Shown piece by piece: positions 29,415 to 39,068 of a DNA stretch of 64,000 nucleotides; position 1 is the stretch's first letter, and every line of letters begins with the position of its first letter. The stretch is taken from IMG/VR virus record IMGVR_UViG_3300034684_000059, positions 1-64,000 of that record; one strand, 5' to 3'. This DNA is from a virus. Lineage: Duplodnaviria; Caudoviricetes. The position numbers and the translations under genes were made by a program. The notes under the pieces are model-generated. The model did not search any database and was not told the origin of the DNA. It saw only the letters and a program-made list of their open reading frames with translations.

Positions 29415-30881
29415 ATGTTTCCGATACATATTGACGTATATCCAACATGCATTGAGGTTATGGCTTCCCCACATGGGCATGTCCCAAATGGAAATATCAA
29501 AAAAGTTCTGAACGATCTTACTGAGTTTGAATACGATAAATTTCGAAACAAATGGAAATTCAAATATGCGTACTATCTTTTTAATGAGAACACTCAAAGA
29601 TTAGTACTGCCAAGACAGTTGCTGCGTAATGTGATAGAGTGTTTGAAAAGTCAGTGTCTACCGTACAATCTCAACTATCCGAAATTGCACAGAGTCAAAG
29701 ACATACATGCAACCATCCGTCCGGAATGGAACGACCGACCAGAACACGGTAAAGTGATCGCCCACCTTAGCAATGCACAACACAGCATGAGAGCATCTAA
29801 CCTTCAGACAGGTAAAGGAAAGACGTATTGTGCTCTACGATCACTTTGCAATCTGCACAAAAGAACTCTCATCGTTTGCGATGGACTTGTTGAACAGTGG
29901 GTAGACGAAATACACGAAAAAACCCTGATCCCCGAAGATCAAGTATATGTCCTGAAAGGTAGTGCTAGCGTTATCCAAGCGTTGAAGTTCACTAAAAAAG
30001 AACATCCTTCCGTATTTGTTGCATCATTAGATACACTGATGCCTTACGTATTAGGACAAGGGGTATACCAAGACATCGATCCTTGGAGTAAATTTGTCAG
30101 TAAATTCTATTTCGGTACGAAGATCATTGATGAATTTCATCTGAATATGCAGGCACTCATTAATCTAGATCTCCGTACGAATATACCCAACAACATCTAT
30201 CTGTCAGCTACACCTAAACGAAGTAAGAAATCTGAAGCTAGGATCTTTGACATCATCTTCCCCAGATACATGATAGTGGGCGGAGAAACTTACGACAAAT
30301 ACGTTCATGTTAAATTCTTCCGGTACGATTTGCACACTCCAAAACCTGGGGTGTTCAAAACTATACATGGGTATTCTCATACCAAGTACGAAGGATTTCT
30401 AGTCAACAATTCTATGGCTCAAGCAGTGATTTTGAATGACATTTTGTTCCCCTTGATATCTACGGAATTTATTAAGATCAGAAGACCTGAACAAAAATTG
30501 CTTATATTCGGATCCACGATAGTGTTTTGTCAGCTTCTACAAAGAAAGATCCAGCAACAGTATCCGGAATTAAATGTCAAAACTTTTGTTTCTGGAGATC
30601 CTCTCGAACACCTGGAAGCCGACATTATCGTAGGAACCCCTAAATCCTGCGGTACTGGTAAAGATATACCAAATCTTAGAACAGTTATAAACACGACAAG
30701 TTTAAGCTCGCCACCTACTGTAGAACAAATGCTTGGCCGTTTGCGTAAACTCAAAACAGAGGACACTCCAATCTATGTCGATATGTACAATGCCAGTCTG
30801 GAACGACAACGTGCACATTATCACGATCGTAAAAATATCTATAGATTGAAAGCAAAAACGTATACTGAGCACACGATATGA
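29415..30881 (+). CDS. Superfamily 2 DEAD/DEAH-box helicase (phiKZ gp75-like)
   Basis: QTGKGKT (I), IIDEFH (II), LSATP (III), GTGKDIP (V) and QMLGRLR (VI). Confidence 0.9.
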   Translation: MFPIHIDVYPTCIEVMASPHGHVPNGNIKKVLNDLTEFEYDKFRNKWKFKYAYYLFNENTQRLVLPRQLLRNVIECLKSQCLPYNLNYPKLHRVKDIHATIRPEWNDRPEHGKVIAHLSNAQHSMRASNLQTGKGKTYCALRSLCNLHKRTLIVCDGLVEQWVDEIHEKTLIPEDQVYVLKGSASVIQALKFTKKEHPSVFVASLDTLMPYVLGQGVYQDIDPWSKFVSKFYFGTKIIDEFHLNMQALINLDLRTNIPNNIYLSATPKRSKKSEARIFDIIFPRYMIVGGETYDKYVHVKFFRYDLHTPKPGVFKTIHGYSHTKYEGFLVNNSMAQAVILNDILFPLISTEFIKIRRPEQKLLIFGSTIVFCQLLQRKIQQQYPELNVKTFVSGDPLEHLEADIIVGTPKSCGTGKDIPNLRTVINTTSLSSPPTVEQMLGRLRKLKTEDTPIYVDMYNASLERQRAHYHDRKNIYRLKAKTYTEHTI

Positions 30882-30882
30882 C

Positions 30883-30931
30883 TTAAGTAGGTACGATAGA
30901 ATACTAGTTTATTTCTATCGTACCTACTTAA
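30883..30931 (+). terminator. Long hairpin
   Basis: TTAAGTAGGTACGATAGAA...TTCTATCGTACCTACTTAA, ~19-bp stem. Confidence 0.65.
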
Positions 30932-30957
30932 ATACAAATCAGAAAAGGACTTTCAAA

Positions 30958-31611
30958 ATGATACAACTTAAACAAACTGAACATTGGTCAAGACTTAATA
31001 TTTTTGTCAAGAATCAGGATGATACTTGGACAGAAGTTAAGAATATCCATATTAAGACAGAACAAGGATGGAAACCTGTATGGAAATACTCTTGGGAAGT
31101 TGGTACTTGGGGAGAATGTTCTGAAAAATGTGGTGGGGGAGAACAAGTTAGAGATGTAACTTGTCTTAGATCTGATGGTATATACAAATCAGATCGATTT
31201 TGTAGTGAGATAAGTAAACCAGCATCTGTTCAGGAGTGCAACACTGGACCCTGTGGGTCTTACGCTACAGTTACCAGACTTTTGCATTATGGTCAGTTTA
31301 ATGTGAATGGAAATTCCTTCGGTGTCAGCGTGGGTGGTACTTACCTGATAGAACCTACTCTTCCTGAAGGAGAAAATACCCTGATAGTCACCGCACAACG
31401 TCCGGGATTATCGTGGCACCAAGGTACGATTATAGACATTTTATTCTGCAAAGACACACCAGAAGCATTTCGTCCTATATCGGGATTTCCACCAAGTCAC
31501 AGTTCTATTCAATATCCTGTGGAGTGTCAGCAATACGGAATAACTAAAGGAACAAAAGTATTGACATATAACCGAGGAGTAGATTCCACCCGGATGGTAT
31601 TCAAATTCTAA
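30958..31611 (+). CDS. Thrombospondin type-1 (ADAMTS-type TSP1) domain protein
   Basis: WEVGTWGECSEKCGGGEQVRDVTC...FC...KP...QECNTGPC is a complete six-Cys TSP1 repeat (31093-31254). The N-terminus has a phage-type WTEVKNIHIKTEQGWKPVW module. Confidence 0.8.
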   Translation: MIQLKQTEHWSRLNIFVKNQDDTWTEVKNIHIKTEQGWKPVWKYSWEVGTWGECSEKCGGGEQVRDVTCLRSDGIYKSDRFCSEISKPASVQECNTGPCGSYATVTRLLHYGQFNVNGNSFGVSVGGTYLIEPTLPEGENTLIVTAQRPGLSWHQGTIIDILFCKDTPEAFRPISGFPPSHSSIQYPVECQQYGITKGTKVLTYNRGVDSTRMVFKF

Positions 31612-31625
31612 GGAGTCGTAAGTCA

Positions 31626-32141
31626 ATGTACGATAAAGAACATACGGTTGCGTTTACTGGACATCGACCACATGCGTTTATACCACAATACATCCAAGAG
31701 TACAACGAAATCCCAGATACTTTAGTACAGTTGATTTATGGCGAAATTGAATCGTTGTATTTGTATGAAGCCTGTCGCCATTTTATTTCTGGTGGTGCTC
31801 TTGGTTGGGACATGTGGTCAGCATTTGCTGTTTTTCAGTTAAAAAACAAATATCCTGAAGTACGCCTTACTATCGCAAGACCATTCCCTTCCCAGGATGC
31901 AAAGTGGTCACGAGAAAGTAAACGTATCTACAATGATGTTTTGCTCAGAGCAGATGAAGTTGTCGATACCAGTGACGATCCTTATTTTGCATGGAAATTG
32001 ATGTTTCGTAACAAGTGGATGGTCGATCGTTGCAGCTATCTGATAGCAGGAAAACGTTCGGATATAACTACAGGTGGGACTGCTGCGTGTATCAACTATG
32101 CACGTATTCGCAAAGTGGAAGTGCTAGAATTGGAGTTTTAA
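31626..32141 (+). CDS. SLOG family protein (YpsA/DUF1273-like)
   Basis: VAFTGHRP, FISGGALGWD, PFPSQDAKW, RNKWMVD and GGTAAC..YA. Confidence 0.85.
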   Translation: MYDKEHTVAFTGHRPHAFIPQYIQEYNEIPDTLVQLIYGEIESLYLYEACRHFISGGALGWDMWSAFAVFQLKNKYPEVRLTIARPFPSQDAKWSRESKRIYNDVLLRADEVVDTSDDPYFAWKLMFRNKWMVDRCSYLIAGKRSDITTGGTAACINYARIRKVEVLELEF

Positions 32142-32162
32142 CTTGTAAACTGGAGTTCTATT

Positions 32163-33470
32163 ATGGTTAGTTGGTTAGGTTTTCTTTGGATCGTTATACT
32201 CACACTGGCAGATGCGGTTTTTCTGCAACCTATCAAGATTGTTATTTCGTTCATCGTCAGATTTCTTTGGTATCCTGGAGTACATCGAAGACGAGATATA
32301 CTGGATCGAAGTGATCCGAACATACAAGCACTATTCACTTTCTTTGAAAGAGCAAATGTTGAAAAATACGAAAACCCTGAGCTTATCAAATATTACAAAA
32401 GTATCCACAATATTGCTCGTAAAAGTATCCCCCACCTTGCTGACAATGGGGATGGGTTTAAATTCCATGCTATCGTGGAAGGCATCACTCAGAATCCTGA
32501 ACGAGTAGAAAGTCTTCTTAGAGAATACATTACCCCCGATGGGATCATATGCAGGCACCCTATAGGACATGATAAGTGTAAAGCCGCAGCGAATTTCTCT
32601 GGAGATATGGCGTCAGGACTTCTGTATCTTTTATCTCGGATGAGGAATAAACAAAAAGATCTGTCTGATGCATGCATATGTGCGATCTGCAAGTTGTTTG
32701 AGACCACCACATTTCAGTGGTATATCCCAAATAAAAAGATCTTCAAATTCCCTATGAAGTTCATGCATCCAGATGCAGAGCAAAGACGTATAGAAGATCG
32801 AGGATGGGTCTACACACCCATAGGACTTGGTCCTCAGATACATCGCATCCTTACGTGGTATACCCTTGGTTATCAGTACACAGGTGATCGCAGGTATCAG
32901 TTCCTGTACTATTTTACACTGATTTTGTTTGCTCCTTTGCTTTTAGTGTGCAATGGTGATCCTTCTATCTTTGTAAAGAAGTATTACTTAACTGCGTGGT
33001 ATGCAACACACAGTTCCGCGTATATCTATGCTGCTCTACACGAAGCAAGTGACGATAAGTATATCTCCGGTGTACTTACCCGGAAGTTGGAAAGAAATCT
33101 TGCAAGAATGGCTGACAGATATCAGACCAACGTAGAATTTACTTTACTTGCATCTAAGTACGGCAATAGACCAGTGGAACTTCCAAAAATTATGTATCTT
33201 GTTCCAAAAGGACAAAACACATTCCCGAATGACGATGATGGAAGTTGGAAAGAATACATTTCGCTGAGAGGATTTAAACGTAAACAATACGCAGATACTT
33301 GGCTTACTCCTAAAACTTTAGGACATCCATATATTTGGGAGAACAATCCGTTAAAACCTCTTGAGTGTGATGACTGGAGAAGAGAACATGCCAGTATCGA
33401 TTTATACATTGCTCACTTACATTTAAATACACTTCCACGCCCAGTTCCCTATTCCGCATATCTCAGCTAA
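32163..33470 (+). CDS. Hypothetical protein with N-terminal hydrophobic segment
   Basis: 435 aa, hydrophobic N-terminus and a second hydrophobic stretch (FLYYFTLILFAPLLLV). ICRHP and FSGDM..GLL motifs. Confidence 0.6.
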   Translation: MVSWLGFLWIVILTLADAVFLQPIKIVISFIVRFLWYPGVHRRRDILDRSDPNIQALFTFFERANVEKYENPELIKYYKSIHNIARKSIPHLADNGDGFKFHAIVEGITQNPERVESLLREYITPDGIICRHPIGHDKCKAAANFSGDMASGLLYLLSRMRNKQKDLSDACICAICKLFETTTFQWYIPNKKIFKFPMKFMHPDAEQRRIEDRGWVYTPIGLGPQIHRILTWYTLGYQYTGDRRYQFLYYFTLILFAPLLLVCNGDPSIFVKKYYLTAWYATHSSAYIYAALHEASDDKYISGVLTRKLERNLARMADRYQTNVEFTLLASKYGNRPVELPKIMYLVPKGQNTFPNDDDGSWKEYISLRGFKRKQYADTWLTPKTLGHPYIWENNPLKPLECDDWRREHASIDLYIAHLHLNTLPRPVPYSAYLS

Positions 33471-33479
33471 ACTATATCT

Positions 33480-33511
33480 TACTGTCCTGTCCTTTTGGGG
33501 ACAGGACAGTA
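33480..33511 (+). terminator. Hairpin terminator
   Basis: TACTGTCCTGTCC-ttttgg-GGACAGGACAGTA followed by TTTT. Confidence 0.7.
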
Positions 33512-33579
33512 TTTTAACATAACAAACTTATATTTTTGTCTGAACATTTCATGTACACAGTCAATAAGGGGGCAACACT

Positions 33580-34113
33580 GTGGAAAGGGATGCTTACGTC
33601 ATATTCACTATAAGTTTCGTTCTGATGATAATCGGGATCTGTGCTCACAAGATACTACCAAGTAAGTTACCCAAAACAAAAATTCTTCCAGAAGAAATGC
33701 AAACTCTTATCCAAACTATCTCTAAAATGGATAAACAGATAGACTCTACTGAAGACGAATTACGGAAGTGTTATGTTTGCACAAATTACGATATTTTAGC
33801 AGAGTTAACTTCTAAAAAACTTATCAAACATCAAGTTCACAAAATACTGTACTTACATAAATTGCATCTTTTGGAACACAAGTATAAATTCAAATCACAA
33901 TTCCCAAGTGTATTTGAATCCAGGCATAAACTTAAAACTAAGAAAGAAATCTGGATTGAACGTTTGGATAGACTCAAGTGTTGTAACACCAAAAATTCAG
34001 ATCCTATAGATGTACGAAAACGTATGCACTATTGCAGCACAAGAATCAAAATCATTGTAGTTACCGACAGATATCTAGTTAAATTCATTTTAACTAATTA
34101 TTCTAAAAAGTAA
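33580..34113 (+). CDS. Hypothetical membrane-anchored protein
   Basis: N-terminal TM (YVIFTISFVLMIIGIC) and a basic C-terminal part. RBS AGGGGG. Confidence 0.5.
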   Translation: MERDAYVIFTISFVLMIIGICAHKILPSKLPKTKILPEEMQTLIQTISKMDKQIDSTEDELRKCYVCTNYDILAELTSKKLIKHQVHKILYLHKLHLLEHKYKFKSQFPSVFESRHKLKTKKEIWIERLDRLKCCNTKNSDPIDVRKRMHYCSTRIKIIVVTDRYLVKFILTNYSKK

Positions 34114-34137
34114 CTGTCGTTCATTTAAATTCGAGGC

Positions 34138-34152
34138 TATATTACTCCTTTG
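34138..34152 (+). promoter_or_regulatory. Early promoter TATATTAC-N5-TG
   Basis: Exact motif, intergenic. Confidence 0.7.
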
Positions 34153-34200
34153 AATACCCCACTACCATTGGTGTAGTGTATAAATTTAAAGGAGCATATC

Positions 34201-34512
34201 ATGCGAATTTCTCACGCTATTTCTAATTTGTTGTGCCCTACGGTTAATGATATCTGTTCCAGAATAATCAAAAGGACAGACCGTAGGTCAGAAATATGTG
34301 GGCATATCCACAGAACCGAAAAAGACACACTGATTCTGAAGGTAGAGGCAGAAGGACGTCAATCCATTACTGAAATAACGGATGCAGATCTGGCCCGCAT
34401 CCGTCAAAACTTAAGCCACACTCGCATACAGACTCATGGTGTATGGGTGAAGGTAACTAACGTAGTTTCTGAACCTACTGCATTGGAATTCAATATGTCA
34501 GTGTCTTGGTAA
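34201..34512 (+). CDS. Small early protein
   Basis: RBS AAGGAG, downstream of an early promoter. Confidence 0.6.
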   Translation: MRISHAISNLLCPTVNDICSRIIKRTDRRSEICGHIHRTEKDTLILKVEAEGRQSITEITDADLARIRQNLSHTRIQTHGVWVKVTNVVSEPTALEFNMSVSW

Positions 34513-34527
34513 ACAAGAGGAGCGCAT

Positions 34528-34740
34528 ATGCAAACTCTCGAATCGTTGGAAAAGAAGCTGACCACGATATTGCAAAGCTTACCTCAACTGTCTGACCCCG
34601 GCCTTGATGGAACGATAACTTACGTTAAATTTCAACGTGATGGGAAAATACAAAGAATCATTCCCACACACCAACTTCCAGCGGTAAAGAGTATCTTAGA
34701 TGAGTTAGGATACGAAAAACGTGAAGGGTCTCCCGAATAG
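34528..34740 (+). CDS. Small early protein
   Basis: RBS GAGGAG. The gene ends within the hairpin at 34720-34753. Confidence 0.6.
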   Translation: MQTLESLEKKLTTILQSLPQLSDPGLDGTITYVKFQRDGKIQRIIPTHQLPAVKSILDELGYEKREGSPE

Positions 34741-34836
34741 GGGACCCTTCACGACATTCATTCAAACTATAGAAATATATTATTTTTTTGCAGAAGAGAT
34801 TAAGTGATTATCTTCTGTAGTCTTAAGGAGGCTCGT

Positions 34837-35223
34837 ATGAATTTTAAATCCCTAGTAGCATCTACACAAACAAAAGTGTCTCAGGAAAAAGGTCTTTCTG
34901 TTTTACTTAGTCATCTGCATACTCAGTATACAGAGGTTAAGAAAACTATGAATTATAGACCTCAAATTGTCTTGTTTTTAATACGCCCCAAAGAGAGACA
35001 TAACCCGACGAGAATAGATATCGTCGATAAATGTTCTCGAGAAGTGTATGCTTCGATTGATGTGTCTTACGACACAAGGTTAAAAGAAATCTATGACACC
35101 ATAATGCTACAGAATTTGAAAGAATTCAAACACATTCCCATGTACATCAAGTTGATAACCAAAGGTTATCCTACGTTAATCAGCAGCACCGATGTAGTGA
35201 ATCGGAAAGGTTCGGTAGTATGA
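34837..35223 (+). CDS. Hypothetical protein
   Basis: Probable start ATG 34837 after AAGGAGG. Promoter variant TATATTAT-N5-TG at 34776-34790. Confidence 0.55.
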   Translation: MNFKSLVASTQTKVSQEKGLSVLLSHLHTQYTEVKKTMNYRPQIVLFLIRPKERHNPTRIDIVDKCSREVYASIDVSYDTRLKEIYDTIMLQNLKEFKHIPMYIKLITKGYPTLISSTDVVNRKGSVV

Positions 35224-35399
35224 TGGAGAGTTTGGGTTGGGAGGATAAGGAGCAGAAGACAAAATAAGTCTCTTCTGCTCCTTATTTTTACATGTATAAA
35301 TTTTATTTTTTGTTCATTTTTAACTTTTTTAAAAATATGAAAGTAATGATATACTGACTCGGATCTCTGTTTTAAACCATCCCCAAAAAGGAAAAACTT

Positions 35400-38030
35400 A
35401 TGTCTATTATTTTCCCTACTGTTGTACGTAAACGTGACAACCTTACATTTGCTTCTTATAACAAACTGAAGATCATTCATGCCGTAGAAAAAGCGTTTCG
35501 TTCATACAACGAAACGGTTTCAAACGAACAGTTGGAAGAAATTTATTCTGGTGTAGTGGATCATATCACTAAAAATCCCAACATGTTGTCTTATAGATTG
35601 GACACCGGAGAATACTACATAGATGTCGAAACCATCCAGAACTTTGTAGAAAAATCTCTCATGGAGAAAGGATGGTATTCAATAGCTAAGAATTATATCT
35701 TGTACAGGAATCAGCGTGCGACTGTACGTGCCTTAGATAGTGCAGCCATCTTGGACGAAATCGATGGATATATCGGAGGGCATGATCCGGACGAAAAAGA
35801 AAACTCCAATATCGATTTTTCTCTTCAAGGACTCAACAACAACATTGTAGCTAAAATCATGCGGCAGTATTGGCTGGAACGAGTGATGACTCCGGAAGCA
35901 AAACAGATGCACATAAATGGAGAAGTCCATTTCCACGACCTTAATTTGCTTTCTGTGTATTGTTGCGGTTGGGATATGCGTGCACTTATTCTGGAAGGAC
36001 TTGGTGGAGTCCCAGGAGCAGTATCGTCAAGACCTCCTAAAGAATTTGGAGTAGCTCTTGGACAGGTATGGAATTTTCTGTACACCGTCCAGGGAGAAGC
36101 TGCTGGAGCACAATCCTTAAGTCAATTTGATCTTTATCTTGCACCTTTCATTCGATACAATAACCTCACGTATCGTCAAGTTAAAAAGTCTCTTGTAAAA
36201 TTTGCACACAACATGAATACCAAAACAAGGGTAGGTTTCCAGACACCGTTCACCAACGTGTCCTTGTGTTTGACCGTACCCAAATCTATGGCTGACGATC
36301 ATGTCATCTATGGTGGTAAGTTCATGGAAGACAAATATGGGGATTTCCAAAAAGAGATGGATATCTTTAACCAAGCATTTTGCGAAGTCATGCTTGAAGG
36401 TGACGCCGATGGACGTCAATTCCATTTCCCCATTCCTACGTACAACATTACTAAAGACTTCGATTGGGATAATCCCAATTACACCAAGCTCTGGGAATTG
36501 TCTGGGAAATACGGTTCTCCGTACTTCACGAACTATATCAATTCTGAACTTGATCCTGACGACGTACGCTCCATGTGCCCTATGCGATACGATACAAAGA
36601 TCACAACGTACTATCGCGGACACAAATCAACGATGACTTTAGAAGATCTTTATCGGACATATTCTGGTAAATCCATAACCGATACTTCAGTAACTTATCT
36701 TGGTAAACACATACCGGTGAAACGTGTACTGAGAGAACCCACTGAAGAACTTATCCGTATAACGACAAAACGTCAGTCTGAAGGACACGTATTTGATAGA
36801 AGACACATGCAACCTATCACTAGGGAAAACAAACCTCTCACTGTACGAGCATGTGATATCCAGATTGGAGATCTTCTTCCGTACGAACAGAAAGGAAATA
36901 TCGATTGGATAGCTGTCACTGATATCTCTCGAGTAGATAAAACTATACGAGACTCTTACGTATATTGCATAGAAGTCGATAGTGAAGATCACCTGTTTGA
37001 ACTGACAGAAGGAGATCTTATCACGCACAATTGTAGATTGCGTCTTGATTTTACTGAACTTAAGAATCGTGGTGGTGGTCTCTTTGGAGCTAACTCCATG
37101 ACTGGATCTATAGGTGTAGCCACCCTTAACTTACCGGATGCAGCTATAGAAGCAAACGGTGATAAAGACAAACTCTTCGAGATCCTCACAAGACGTATGG
37201 ACATCGCTGCACAGTTCCTCGACGATAGAAGAACTTTCATAGAGAGCAGTATCGAAAAAGGACTGTATCCTTTTAGTCGAAGATGGTTGCAGGGCATCAA
37301 AGACAAAACAGCTAACGATCCGGACATAAAACGTCCTGGATATTACGCTGCGTATTTTAGCACTATAGGTATCATCGGTGGTCATGAAATGTGCCTTAAC
37401 TTCTTAGGTAAAGGCATAGAAACTGAAGAAGGTGCAAAGTTAGCTTTGGAAGTTCAGGAGTTCATCAAATCAAGATTAGATCATTATCGTGAGAAATATC
37501 ACACTCCCTTCAATCTGGAAGCAACTCCTGCAGAAGGTGTGTGCTATCGTCTTGCTAAATGTCTGAAGACTAAATTCCCTACTGCAAAAATGGTAGAAGA
37601 ATTACGAGAACACGATGAACCTTATCTTACTAACTCGACTGCACTTCCTGTAGGATTTACCAATGATCTGTATACAGCAATAACCCACCAATCTAAATTG
37701 CAGGTTATGTATACAGGAGGAACGGTATTTCACATTTTCCTTGGAGAAGCCATATCCAATCCTGAAGCTGTGAAAGAAGTGGTTAGGATGGTGTGTACCA
37801 CGACGCCTATTCCTTACATCACACTTTCTCCCGAATATTCTATCTGCAGAAGTCACGGATATCTTGCAGGGGAACAACCCGAATGTCCCACTTGTCACAG
37901 TGACACCGAGGTGTATGCACGAGTAGTAGGTTTCTACACTCCTATGAACCGGTGGAACAAAGGAAAGCGTACTGAAGGAACTCATCGTAAGAGTTTCGAC
38001 GGAATCGTCGATGTCCTTAAAATCGAATAA
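35400..38030 (+). CDS. nrdD: Anaerobic (class III) ribonucleoside-triphosphate reductase with ATP cone and intein
   Basis: ATP cone (VRKRD...KI..AV.KAF...VETIQNFVE..L), ENSN, HFHDL...YCCGW, GAQS, FPIPTYN, RSMC/CRL, EATPAE, YTGGTVFH, CxxH...CxxC and the glycyl-radical motif YARVVGFY. Confidence 0.95.
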   Translation: MSIIFPTVVRKRDNLTFASYNKLKIIHAVEKAFRSYNETVSNEQLEEIYSGVVDHITKNPNMLSYRLDTGEYYIDVETIQNFVEKSLMEKGWYSIAKNYILYRNQRATVRALDSAAILDEIDGYIGGHDPDEKENSNIDFSLQGLNNNIVAKIMRQYWLERVMTPEAKQMHINGEVHFHDLNLLSVYCCGWDMRALILEGLGGVPGAVSSRPPKEFGVALGQVWNFLYTVQGEAAGAQSLSQFDLYLAPFIRYNNLTYRQVKKSLVKFAHNMNTKTRVGFQTPFTNVSLCLTVPKSMADDHVIYGGKFMEDKYGDFQKEMDIFNQAFCEVMLEGDADGRQFHFPIPTYNITKDFDWDNPNYTKLWELSGKYGSPYFTNYINSELDPDDVRSMCPMRYDTKITTYYRGHKSTMTLEDLYRTYSGKSITDTSVTYLGKHIPVKRVLREPTEELIRITTKRQSEGHVFDRRHMQPITRENKPLTVRACDIQIGDLLPYEQKGNIDWIAVTDISRVDKTIRDSYVYCIEVDSEDHLFELTEGDLITHNCRLRLDFTELKNRGGGLFGANSMTGSIGVATLNLPDAAIEANGDKDKLFEILTRRMDIAAQFLDDRRTFIESSIEKGLYPFSRRWLQGIKDKTANDPDIKRPGYYAAYFSTIGIIGGHEMCLNFLGKGIETEEGAKLALEVQEFIKSRLDHYREKYHTPFNLEATPAEGVCYRLAKCLKTKFPTAKMVEELREHDEPYLTNSTALPVGFTNDLYTAITHQSKLQVMYTGGTVFHIFLGEAISNPEAVKEVVRMVCTTTPIPYITLSPEYSICRSHGYLAGEQPECPTCHSDTEVYARVVGFYTPMNRWNKGKRTEGTHRKSFDGIVDVLKIE
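36579..37031 (+). mobile_element. Mini-intein (151 aa, no homing endonuclease), Pro-initiated, class 3-type
   Basis: Inserted in RSMC|...|CRLRL. Starts PMRYDTKI (block A), has FDRRH (block B) and VYCIEVDSEDHLF (block F with Cys), and ends LITHN. Confidence 0.85.
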
Positions 38031-38047
38031 TGACTAACACACTAAAG

Positions 38048-38077
38048 TAGGAGAAGGGGGAACTCCCCCTTCTCCTA
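38048..38077 (+). terminator. Hairpin terminator
   Basis: TAGGAGAAGGGGG-aact-CCCCCTTCTCCTA. Confidence 0.7.
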
Positions 38078-38105
38078 GTGTGAACGTTCTAAAAAATTTG
38101 AAGGT

Positions 38106-38120
38106 TATATTACTATCGTG
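38106..38120 (+). promoter_or_regulatory. Early promoter TATATTAC-N5-TG
   Basis: TTTGAAGGTTATATTACTATCGTG. Confidence 0.7.
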
Positions 38121-38172
38121 ACACTGAATATGGTCCCACATTTAGTCATATCTAAACACCAGAGGAACTCAT

Positions 38173-38562
38173 ATGGAACACCAATATCCGGAAGATTATA
38201 TTCAAGCAGGTCTTATTGAAGTGTTTTATGCATGGAGAAACGTCAGTTATGCTCAACGTCAGGTCGATAATAGAAGAGACCAAATACAGATCGCAGCTAA
38301 GATTCTCGGGATCGCTACAGAACTAGACGGAATCTATACCGTAGCATGGTCTCACAATGGGGTGAATGATCCATTTATGATCACTCTGGCCAATGGAACT
38401 CAGATCTTAATCCTAGATGCTTTCGATGTCGAAAATGTTCGAATGTATCTAGTAGAACCGACACCTCGACACTGCCTTCAGACCGGATTGCCAATTTACA
38501 ATCTACGCCCATTCGACCGTGGGTTAGATATGTACGTAGTGTTACTTTGTTCGGAGAATTAG
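38173..38562 (+). CDS. Early hypothetical protein
   Basis: RBS GAGGA, own promoter, and hairpin at 38605-38637. Confidence 0.6.
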   Translation: MEHQYPEDYIQAGLIEVFYAWRNVSYAQRQVDNRRDQIQIAAKILGIATELDGIYTVAWSHNGVNDPFMITLANGTQILILDAFDVENVRMYLVEPTPRHCLQTGLPIYNLRPFDRGLDMYVVLLCSEN

Positions 38563-38662
38563 TCATATGCACAATTAACAAAACACTGTTAATCTTTGAG
38601 TTACAGAAGAGAAGGATCGTATTGGTCCTTCTCTTCTTTAGTATTCTACATGATTTTAAGGA

Positions 38663-38677
38663 TATATTACTTATTTG
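38663..38677 (+). promoter_or_regulatory. Early promoter TATATTAC-N5-TG
   Basis: TTTTAAGGATATATTACTTATTTG. Confidence 0.7.
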
Positions 38678-38723
38678 AATGTGGATTGAAAATAGATATC
38701 ACAAAACTTTATATGTCTAAAGT

Positions 38724-39059
38724 TTGTGGCCCTGGTTTTTAATTTATAATCTTGGAGTAATCTCAGTGCAGATCGGAGAATTTCTTTTTAAAATTGAAAA
38801 CAAAGGAATGGCTGCCGTCCACGCTCAGAAAGTTGGAACTCACGAAGACATCATACTGGTACTTCCCCCAAATCAGACAAGAGCATTTTCTGGAATGACG
38901 TACGACGTGTACAAATTAAGTGCAACTTCCAACAGATTTATCGTACTTGTTAAAACTCAAAATAACCCGAAAGGAATACTGAAGCGGTTTGATATTTTCT
39001 CAAAAAACAAAAATCAGTACATCGGAAAATTTGCTAAAGGAACACTCTATAGTCTTTAG
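38724..39059 (+). CDS. Early hypothetical protein (true start probably GTG 38767)
   Basis: ORF after an early promoter, with GGAG upstream of GTG 38767. Confidence 0.5.
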   Translation: MWPWFLIYNLGVISVQIGEFLFKIENKGMAAVHAQKVGTHEDIILVLPPNQTRAFSGMTYDVYKLSATSNRFIVLVKTQNNPKGILKRFDIFSKNKNQYIGKFAKGTLYSL

Positions 39060-39068
39060 GAGACATAC

